In this document: positions 57,446 through 64,000 of the stretch, one piece after another
How the letters are laid out: each line of letters opens with the position of its first letter
Numbering within the stretch: position 1 is the first letter of the stretch
Assembly (NCBI GenBank): GCA_964399675.1
Contig: CAYNRK010000003.1
Coordinates: 73,033-137,032, forward strand
DNA: 64,000 bases
Direction: 5' to 3'
Source of the DNA: an uncultured Gammaproteobacteria bacterium
Lineage (GTDB): Bacteria; Patescibacteriota; Patescibacteriia; UBA9934; GWF2-40-263
Translations under genes and position numbers: made by a program
The notes under the pieces: generated by a model
What the model saw: the letters and a program-made list of their open reading frames with translations, nothing else
What the model was told of the DNA's origin: nothing
The model's database searches: none

Positions 57446-58243
57446 ATGAGTGTTCGTCGGAAGTTTGTAAAAAATATGAAAACAACAATCAAAAATAGAA
57501 AGGGGGAGAAGGTATCAGTTCTAGTTGAGCAAGTTGAGAATCAAAAAGGTTTGGCTTTTGTTGTGCATGGACTTGGTGGGTTTAAAGAGCAGCCGCATAT
57601 TACAAAAATGGCCGACGTGTTTAAATCAAATGGTATTTCAGTTGTTCGGTTTGATACAACAAACACTTTGGGAGAAAGTGATGGAAATTATGAAGATGCA
57701 ACAGTTACGAATTATTATGAGGATCTAGAGGATGTTATGGCTTGGTCGGGGTCGCAAGAGTGGTATGAAGAACCGTTTTGGTTGGCAGCGCATAGTTTAG
57801 GTGGAATTTGTATTAGTTTGTTTGCCGAGAAGCATCCAGAAAAAGTAAAAGCTTTGGCGCCGATTTCTACAACAGTTTCAGGGAAGTTGAGTCTGGAAAC
57901 ACCGTCCTATGAAAAAGATAAAAAAGGTTGGGAAGAGACAGGGTGGCTCGTTCAGGAGAGTATTTCAAAGCCTGGCGAAGTTAAACGACTTAAGTGGTCT
58001 CACATGGAGGACAGATTGAAATATGATTTACTTCCAGAGGCTCATAAGTTAACCATGCCGGTTTTGTTGGTTGTTGGCTCAAAGGATGAATCAACTCCAG
58101 TTGGTGATCAAAAGATTTTATTTGATGCATTGCCTGAACCAAAAGAGATCCATGTGATAGATGGATCTTGTCATAATTTTAGAAAAGAAGAGTATCGGGA
58201 GGAGTTAGGTGAGATTTTTGATAATTGGATTAAGTCTATTTAG
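57446..58243 (+). CDS. alpha/beta-fold hydrolase
   Basis: HGLGG oxyanion region, the nucleophile elbow AHSLGG and a C-terminal His (DGSCHNF). Confidence 0.65.
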   Translation: MSVRRKFVKNMKTTIKNRKGEKVSVLVEQVENQKGLAFVVHGLGGFKEQPHITKMADVFKSNGISVVRFDTTNTLGESDGNYEDATVTNYYEDLEDVMAWSGSQEWYEEPFWLAAHSLGGICISLFAEKHPEKVKALAPISTTVSGKLSLETPSYEKDKKGWEETGWLVQESISKPGEVKRLKWSHMEDRLKYDLLPEAHKLTMPVLLVVGSKDESTPVGDQKILFDALPEPKEIHVIDGSCHNFRKEEYREELGEIFDNWIKSI

Positions 58244-58600
58244 AGATTGCGCTTCGTAATGCTTGCTTAAAGCGGCGGCGGGAGATGCGGACGCGAAGTT
58301 GGCGGACTGCCTTTGAGACTTCGCGATCGCGACGATGAGGAATAAAAGAAAGAGCTGTTGCGTGGTAACGAAGGGTTAGCGTGGACATATTGAGTTTTTC
58401 TAATAATTTTTATACAATTTTAAAGCCGCCATACGCTTGGGAAACGTCCCATTGCGTACCAGGTGGTTTTGCGAGAACTGTCGGCTATGTCTTCCCGGAC
58501 AACGACAGTTTTCTTTTTGTACAATGATTCAGTTGTGGATCCCTTCACAAATAAATCATTGCAACAAGCTGAACCCTTCGACAGGCTCAGGGTAAACCTT

Positions 58601-59215
58601 TTACACTGGATTGAATTGACGTATGACGGCTCTGACAACCCCCTGGATAATACAATCCTGAACAAATATCGGATCCATGGTGCTGTTAGCAGGTTGAAGC
58701 CTAATGCGATTTCTCTCTCTATAAAACCGTTTCAGTGTTGCATAGGCATTGTCCAGCAAGGCTACAACAACCTCACCGTTTTTTGGAGATGGATTTCTTT
58801 CGATCACAACATAATCTCCATCATAAATTCCATCGTCAATCATTGATTTTCCTTTAACTTGCAATACATAAGAGTTTTCACCATCAACAACAAAGTTTAC
58901 TGGTACAGCCATTGTTTCATTTTGTTCAACAGCTTCAATTGGTTCACCTGCAGTAATCAGTCCAGACAAGGGGAGTAGTACTGCCATTTCAAATGGTTTT
59001 GCATGTACAAGTTCCATTGACCTAGCTTCGCCATCATGACCAAGTGTGATCTTGCCCTTTTCTGCAAGAGCTTGCACGTGTGCATGAACAGTGGCAGGGG
59101 AGGATAGGCTAAAGTGCTCGCCAATCTCTCTGTAAGATGGTGCATATCCAAAGTCTTCTACATAAGAACGAATAAAAGCCAGAACCTCTGTTTGTTTTTT
59201 GGTTAAATTAGACAT
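58601..59215 (-). CDS. lexA: LexA repressor
   Basis: N-terminal wHTH (LTKKQTEVLAFI) and an S24 peptidase domain with the Ala-Gly cleavage site and Ser/Lys dyad (GKSMIDDGI...). Confidence 0.85.
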   Translation of the reverse strand: MSNLTKKQTEVLAFIRSYVEDFGYAPSYREIGEHFSLSSPATVHAHVQALAEKGKITLGHDGEARSMELVHAKPFEMAVLLPLSGLITAGEPIEAVEQNETMAVPVNFVVDGENSYVLQVKGKSMIDDGIYDGDYVVIERNPSPKNGEVVVALLDNAYATLKRFYRERNRIRLQPANSTMDPIFVQDCIIQGVVRAVIRQFNPV

Positions 59216-59222
59216 ATTTTTT

Positions 59223-59330
59223 TGTCATTTCGACCGAGCGCTAGCGAGTGGAGAAATCTCGAATTACGTTTTCAACATTCGAGATCCCTCGGCTTCGCCC
59301 GGCAGCTGCCGGGCTTCGCTCGGGATGACA
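59223..59330. mobile_element. MITE-like palindromic repeat, family 1, between the lexA start and its promoter region
   Basis: tgtcatttcgaccgagcgctagcgagtggagaaatctcgaat...cgggatgaca. Confidence 0.7.
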
Positions 59331-59335
59331 GGGTT

Positions 59336-59400
59336 AGTTCGTTTTATGTTCGTATTATATCCGAACAAAAATCGAACACAAGAGTTGGGTTGTGGATAAA
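59336..59400 (-). promoter_or_regulatory. putative lexA promoter with GTTCG…CGAAC inverted repeat overlapping TATAAT (candidate SOS box)
   Basis: Minus-strand reading tgttcgatttttgttcggaTATAATacgaacataaaacgaac. A DnaA-box-like TGTGGATAA sits at 59391-59399. Confidence 0.3.
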
Positions 59401-59412
59401 AAGAAATGACCC

Positions 59413-59976
59413 TCAAGGGGTCATGTGGTGGGTTTGAGTGAGTGGCTTTCGTTTTGCCAAGACTGAAAGAGGCCAACAGACGCGTGTGTCTCCGTTGTCT
59501 CCTTGGACATCCTGGCGTGTAAAAGCGTACTCAATATCCCAGTCGCTGCTGAGCAGCCTGAGAAGAGTCTCGCGTCCGTAGATTTCAGGAACCCCACAAG
59601 CAGGTTTTGGAACAGGTGTTGCCGTTGCGGTTTCGATTGCAAGCAATCCACCAGGCTTTACGAACCTGTGAATTTTTGGCAGCAAATGGCCAAGCACGAA
59701 TCTTCTTGAAAGCCGTTCGAGTGCACCTCGCACGATAATGTAATCATGCGGCAGGCTTGGATCAAGAGATCTGAACCATTCCCAAATAGATCTGAGCTCC
59801 AAAAACACGCGTAGGCTTTGTGCTTCTGGAAACTCATGGTCAACGAAGATTACCTGTGACCCGTTTGCAGCAAGTGCATTTGCAAGAGGAACATTGGATG
59901 TTCCCAGGACGACCCCGATCTCACCAGGGCCGACTCTTTTGAGCAGGTCCGTGGTAAGAGGATCGTTTGCTAGCAC
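59413..59976 (-). CDS. class I SAM-dependent methyltransferase, moderately GC-rich (GTG start)
   Basis: Motif I (VLGTSNVPLANALAANGSQVIFVDHE). About 50% GC. It has its own TTGACA-N17-TACTTT promoter and a terminator with a TTTCTTTTT tail. Confidence 0.55.
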   Translation of the reverse strand: MLANDPLTTDLLKRVGPGEIGVVLGTSNVPLANALAANGSQVIFVDHEFPEAQSLRVFLELRSIWEWFRSLDPSLPHDYIIVRGALERLSRRFVLGHLLPKIHRFVKPGGLLAIETATATPVPKPACGVPEIYGRETLLRLLSSDWDIEYAFTRQDVQGDNGDTRVCWPLSVLAKRKPLTQTHHMTP

Positions 59977-60009
59977 TGGTTAAGCTCCTGTTGGATTGTG
60001 CGATGCTCC

Positions 60010-60038
60010 AAAGTAACAACTTTCCCCCATTCTGTCAA
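60010..60038 (-). promoter_or_regulatory. sigma70-type promoter (TTGACA-N17-TACTTT) for the methyltransferase
   Basis: Minus-strand reading tgTTGACAgaatgggggaaagttgtTACTTT. Confidence 0.4.
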
Positions 60039-60087
60039 CATAAATCCATTGATCAGGGGCTTGTATTTTGATAAGGTTGGGGTCGTT

Positions 60088-61131
60088 ATGAAAGTTGTTG
60101 AATCGGTCACTCAAGGCCAGCCAGACAAAATTTGCGATCAAATTGCTGACGCAATCGTGGATGAGTATTTGCGTCGGGACAAGTTCGCAAGAACGGATAT
60201 AAACGTAATGGGGTCGCGTGGAATGATTATGATTGGCGGTGAGGTTAACTCCACTGCTGACTTTGATGTTGGTGCTCTTGCCAAGCAAATCTATCTTGAC
60301 ATTGGTTATCAGGATGATGTGGATGTGTTTGTGAATCTTGAAGATCAGTCAGAAGAAATGAAGCGTGTTAAAAATGGTTGTAACGATACTGTGGTGGTAA
60401 ACGGCTATGCAACGCATGAAACTCGCGAGATGTTGCCGCGACCTTTGGTGTTCGCTCATAAACTTGCACAGCGTCTTGATGATTTGCGAAAAACTGACCC
60501 TGCTTTTTCCTGGCTCAAACCAGACGGCAAGGTTCAGCTTCTTATGGATCAAGATAAAGTTTGTTCAGTTACACTTCTTGCATCACACCAAGTATCAATT
60601 GATGAAAAGCAAGTTCAAGCTGCGCTTCTTGAACGAGTGATATTACCGATTGTTGGCGAGGAAGGTGTAAAGATTTTTATTAATCCAATTGGATCTTTTA
60701 CAATTTCCGGGTTCCGTGCCGATTCCGGAGTAAGCGGTCACAAAACAACGGTTGATACTTATGGAGGTCTTATTCCATCCGGTGACAAAGCACTCTCAGG
60801 TAAGGATCCACACAAAGCTGAACGAGCTGGCGCATATATAGCGCGTTATGTTGCTAAGTATTTGGTGGATCAAGAGTTGGCAAGCGCGGCTCTTGTAACG
60901 CTTGCATATTCAATGGGTCAGTCTGAGCCAATTCATGTGCAAGCGCTTGGAATGGGGGAAAAATCAAAAGGTTCAAAAATGAATCTTACTAACTTGATTA
61001 AACAAGAGTTTGATTTCAGACCAGAGGCTGTTGTTGAGAAACTTGGTCTTGCTGATCCGATTTATAGAAAAACTGCTGTTTATGGTCACTTTGGCCGAGT
61101 TGGATTTCCTTGGGAAGAAAAAGTTTGTTAA
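60088..61131 (+). CDS. metK: S-adenosylmethionine synthetase
   Basis: GQPDKICDQIADAIVDEY near the N-terminus, plus central and C-terminal MetK domains. Confidence 0.88.
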   Translation: MKVVESVTQGQPDKICDQIADAIVDEYLRRDKFARTDINVMGSRGMIMIGGEVNSTADFDVGALAKQIYLDIGYQDDVDVFVNLEDQSEEMKRVKNGCNDTVVVNGYATHETREMLPRPLVFAHKLAQRLDDLRKTDPAFSWLKPDGKVQLLMDQDKVCSVTLLASHQVSIDEKQVQAALLERVILPIVGEEGVKIFINPIGSFTISGFRADSGVSGHKTTVDTYGGLIPSGDKALSGKDPHKAERAGAYIARYVAKYLVDQELASAALVTLAYSMGQSEPIHVQALGMGEKSKGSKMNLTNLIKQEFDFRPEAVVEKLGLADPIYRKTAVYGHFGRVGFPWEEKVC

Positions 61132-61160
61132 AATGTTGGCGTAATGTACTCAAATAATTT

Positions 61161-61754
61161 ATGAAAAGATTTATTCCAGTAGTGCTTTGTGCACTTGTGT
61201 TGACAGGAGCTGGGTGTTCATCAGAGCCTGTCACAGAGGAGGAATTAACTATTACTTTTAATGAGCCTGTGCAAGAAACAATAACCTGGGAGTTTCCAGG
61301 AGCTCTCCCAGACGAGGAGATTCAAAACAAACAAATAAGACTTGCAACTGAAAAAGGTGACATCGTGTTTGAGCTTTTTGCAGACACTGCACCAAAAACA
61401 GTTTCTAACTTTGTTTACTTAACTAACGGTGGATATTACAACGGACTTACCTTTCATCGTCGTGAAGAAGGGTTTGTGATTCAAGGTGGAGATCCATCTG
61501 GGAATGGAACCGGTGGTCCTGGATATAAGTTTGAAGATGAGTTAAGTGATCCGCACAGTTATGATCGAGGAATTGTTGCAATGGCAAACTCCGGTCCAAA
61601 CACAAACGGTTCACAATTTTTTATAATGCTTGGTGATGTACCGCTTCCAAAAAGTTATTCAATTTTTGGGAGAGTTACAGAAGGAATGGAAGTTGTTGAC
61701 CAAATTCAGATCGGTGACAAAATGGAAGAAGTAAGAGTGGAGGATAAACAGTAA
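61161..61754 (+). CDS. ppiB: cyclophilin-type peptidyl-prolyl cis-trans isomerase, lipoprotein signal
   Basis: Lipobox LTGAGCSS and cyclophilin blocks (FHRREEGFVIQGGDP, GIVAMANSGPNTNGSQFFI). Confidence 0.85.
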   Translation: MKRFIPVVLCALVLTGAGCSSEPVTEEELTITFNEPVQETITWEFPGALPDEEIQNKQIRLATEKGDIVFELFADTAPKTVSNFVYLTNGGYYNGLTFHRREEGFVIQGGDPSGNGTGGPGYKFEDELSDPHSYDRGIVAMANSGPNTNGSQFFIMLGDVPLPKSYSIFGRVTEGMEVVDQIQIGDKMEEVRVEDKQ

Positions 61755-61761
61755 ATTAACT

Positions 61762-62895
61762 ATGAACAAGAAACACAGGTTCGGATTTTACGTGCCTGTG
61801 TTTTTGATTTTATTGATTGCGTTGCCGTTTGTTGTTTCAGGTTTTCTTGTTAATCGTATGTCATCCCGACCGAGCGAAGCGAGCGGAGGGATCTCGAATA
61901 CGCGAGATCTCTCCGTTCCGTCCGGCCAAAGGCCAGACTCCAGTCGAGATGACACAAAGGTTCCTCTCCCAACAGAAGTCCGCGGGATTTATTGGACAAG
62001 TTCAACAGCACATTCAAAACGAGCTGATCAGTTGCTTTCGTACATGAAATCAACCGGACTAAACACAGTTGTTATTGATCTTAAAACAGACGCAGGTAAA
62101 GTTGTGATGACTGATCCCACAGTTCTGGAGAAGTTGGCTGAGGAAAATATTTATCGAATCGCCAGACTTTCAGTAATGCGAGATGGTGCTTATGCGCGCG
62201 AGCATCCAGAGTTTGCACTCAAGTCAGCAACAGGGGATTTTTGGTATGACAACATTGGTTCGGTCTGGGTTGATCCTGCAGCTGAGCAAGTTTGGGAGAA
62301 TGCGATTGTGCTGGCAAAAGAGGCTTATGCAAATGGATTTGATGAGATCCAATTTGATTACGTTCGTTTTCCTTCGGACGGAGCAGTGAGTTCAATTAAA
62401 TATCCTGTTTATAATTTTTCAAAATCAAAAGCTGAGGTAATGGAAAAGTTTTTTGAGTTTGTTGGAGGTGAAATGATGCAAGAGGGTATTCCTGTTTCTT
62501 TTGATTTGTTTGGTATGACATTTTGGACTTTTGAAGATTTTAGAATCGGACAGAGACTCATAGATGTTTTGCCAAATGCAGATTTTATTTCACCAATGGT
62601 TTATCCGTCACATTACCCCGATTGGTTTGAGGGGTATGGAAATCCAGCGGAGTATCCATACGAGATTGTAAAACGTTCGCTTGATGAGGGAACAAAGTTA
62701 ATGCGAGGATTCTTTTCTGGTAGTGAAAAAGAACTTAGAAACAAATTTAGACCATGGATTCAAGATTTTGACATTGGCGCAGTTTATACTTCTGAAAAAA
62801 TAGAAGCACAAATAAAAGCTTGTCGCGATGCGGGCGCGTCCGGTTGGATTTTGTGGAATGCGCGTAATGTTTATGAGCCAGCAAATTATCAATAA
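61762..62895 (+). CDS. glycoside-hydrolase-like TIM-barrel protein (DUF4015/GHL-type) with in-frame MITE insertion after the N-terminal TM segment
   Basis: FDEIQFDYVRFP block. A family-1 MITE at 61858-61954 encodes MSSRPSEASGGISNTRDLSVPSGQRPDSSRDDTKV. Confidence 0.55.
   Translation: MNKKHRFGFYVPVFLILLIALPFVVSGFLVNRMSSRPSEASGGISNTRDLSVPSGQRPDSSRDDTKVPLPTEVRGIYWTSSTAHSKRADQLLSYMKSTGLNTVVIDLKTDAGKVVMTDPTVLEKLAEENIYRIARLSVMRDGAYAREHPEFALKSATGDFWYDNIGSVWVDPAAEQVWENAIVLAKEAYANGFDEIQFDYVRFPSDGAVSSIKYPVYNFSKSKAEVMEKFFEFVGGEMMQEGIPVSFDLFGMTFWTFEDFRIGQRLIDVLPNADFISPMVYPSHYPDWFEGYGNPAEYPYEIVKRSLDEGTKLMRGFFSGSEKELRNKFRPWIQDFDIGAVYTSEKIEAQIKACRDAGASGWILWNARNVYEPANYQ
61858..61954. mobile_element. family-1 MITE inserted in-frame within a CDS
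   Basis: tgtcatcccgaccgagcgaagcgagcggagggatctcgaatacgcgagatctctccg...cgagatgaca. Confidence 0.75.
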
Positions 62896-62896
62896 T

Positions 62897-63163
62897 ATGA
62901 TTTTTATAAAAGAGGTAAACCCGTTTCCTAATGCAAGTTTTTTGGTTAAAGTCGAATCTGATAAGACAACCGAACATAAGGTTGGGCTTGAAGAAAGTTA
63001 TTATCAAAAACTCACTGAAGGCAAAGTCGCGCCAGAAAAGTTGATTAAAAAGTCGTTTGAATTTCTTTTGGCTCGCGAGCCAAACACATCGATTTTAAGA
63101 TCGTTTGACTTGCCAATGATTGGGCAGTATTTTCCTGAATACGAAAAGGAGATAAAAAAGTAA
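62897..63163 (+). CDS. hypothetical protein (88 aa)
   Basis: The ATG lies directly after the upstream stop. No family recognised. Confidence 0.4.
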   Translation: MIFIKEVNPFPNASFLVKVESDKTTEHKVGLEESYYQKLTEGKVAPEKLIKKSFEFLLAREPNTSILRSFDLPMIGQYFPEYEKEIKK

Positions 63164-63216
63164 GGACATTAATTTCTCATATGGGAAAATAATGTTCAAT
63201 TAATTTGTTTTTGTTT

Positions 63217-63789
63217 ATGTTGAACCAATTGTCATTTTTAAAAAATATATCTTGGGACGAAGTGTTTTCTGTTTGGAAAGCGCACGAGGGTGCGGATCCT
63301 GTTTGGCAAGAGTTTGCTAAAAAAGAAAAAGGTTGGGGTTCATGGGAAGAGTGGCGCAGCAATCAGTCTGAATTTATAAATGCACAGGATCGAGAATGGA
63401 AGCTTTATGAGATCAGATGTCCAAACGAGCTTATCCCAAAATTTCGCATTGGGCCATTTAATGGTTGGCAAAAACATTTTGAAAAAAAGAACGTTTATAC
63501 ATTTGAAGATTTGGTTCAGAGAAAAACTGAATGGGTTTTGAATAATATTGGTGTTCAAGCCAGAAGAAATAATTTTCCAAAGAGTACACAGTTTATTGGA
63601 TTTTATCTTGAAGATGATGACGTTGTTGTTCTCTTTGAAGGTCATCATCGTGCAGCAGCTGTTGCGCTTGCTGCTTATGAAAAAAATCCTATTCAATTTG
63701 AAATAAATCCAACAATAGCTTTGACAATTTTAAAAGGTGATCAAACAGAATTTTTTGATCAGATTCTCCAGCATCGCTTTGAACGATGA
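63217..63789 (+). CDS. hypothetical protein (190 aa)
   Basis: AT-rich ORF with no family recognised. Confidence 0.45.
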   Translation: MLNQLSFLKNISWDEVFSVWKAHEGADPVWQEFAKKEKGWGSWEEWRSNQSEFINAQDREWKLYEIRCPNELIPKFRIGPFNGWQKHFEKKNVYTFEDLVQRKTEWVLNNIGVQARRNNFPKSTQFIGFYLEDDDVVVLFEGHHRAAAVALAAYEKNPIQFEINPTIALTILKGDQTEFFDQILQHRFER

Positions 63790-63796
63790 GGTGATG

Positions 63797-63825
63797 TTGA
63801 CACAAAGCGAAAATAATGATTAAAT
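63797..63825 (+). promoter_or_regulatory. sigma70-type promoter (TTGACA-N17-TTAAAT) at the start of another GC-rich module
   Basis: gTTGACAcaaagcgaaaataatgaTTAAAT. Confidence 0.4.
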
Positions 63826-63942
63826 ATCAATCCGAATTTCCGGGTTGATTCTTTTGTGCGTTAACCACAAAAGGACTGGAATTCTGGAAGCGCTGTGCGA
63901 TAACCACAGTGTTGGTGTCACTCTTTCACAATGGAGTCTGCG

Positions 63943-64000
63943 ATGACCAGACGAAAAGACAGGCGGTCGATCACCGAACTGATCGGCGAACTGGCTCTAC
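63943..64000 (+). CDS. GC-rich foreign ORF F, 3' end outside the window
   Basis: GC content rises abruptly after 63.85 kb. SD GGAGtctgcgATG, and the ORF begins MTRRKDRRSITELIGELAL. Confidence 0.35.
   Translation, partial: MTRRKDRRSITELIGELAL

Overview
This 64 kb window is an AT-rich bacterial chromosome segment (roughly 38-40% GC by eye). It is gene dense, with many small hypothetical membrane proteins, reminiscent of small-genome uncultured lineages such as CPR/Patescibacteria; that placement is tentative. The backbone is housekeeping genes: pheT (5' partial), dnaE, thrS, miaB-miaA, gatB, tmk-dut, thyA-folA, a fused dCMP deaminase, rplA-rplK-nusG-secE, gyrB, a SEDS FtsW/RodA, rplY, prmC and prfA, rpmE, queA, rpsB-tsf, the glycolytic cluster gap-pgk-eno-gpmI, mltG, a UvrD/PcrA helicase, lexA, metK and ppiB. 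Five unusual layers sit on top of this backbone. (1) At least three families of MITE-like nested palindromic repeats are present, with about 17 copies. Several copies are inserted in-frame inside CDSs (pheT, folA, queA, a glycoside-hydrolase-like gene), as the Rickettsia palindromic elements are. (2) A 3.5 kb toxin-antitoxin and cassette island at 7.07-10.6 kb carries RelBE-like and HigBA pairs, a truncated RhuM/Bro-N-like gene and a GC-rich foreign ORF. It is punctuated by a repeated roughly 60 bp junction and terminator element. (3) Six or seven GC-rich (50-60% GC) single-gene modules are scattered intergenically at 7.7, 12.8, 26.3, 44.7, 59.4 and 63.8 kb, plus a noncoding one at 30.2 kb. 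Each carries a TTGACA-N17-TAnnnT promoter and an SD, and four of them (7.7, 12.8, 44.7 and 59.4 kb) also end in an intrinsic terminator with a common TTTCTTTTT tail. (4) A 2.0 kb ORF-less, strongly strand-biased insertion splits the normally adjacent prfA and prmC genes. It contains degenerate roughly 266 bp tandem units and many GNRA- and UUCG-type tetraloop motifs. (5) A GC-rich roughly 360 bp noncoding island lies between the gyrB terminator and the secE promoter. It carries a 23-codon sORF whose SD and start codon are sequestered in an 11 bp inverted repeat. No rRNA, tRNA or CRISPR array was recognised by eye.
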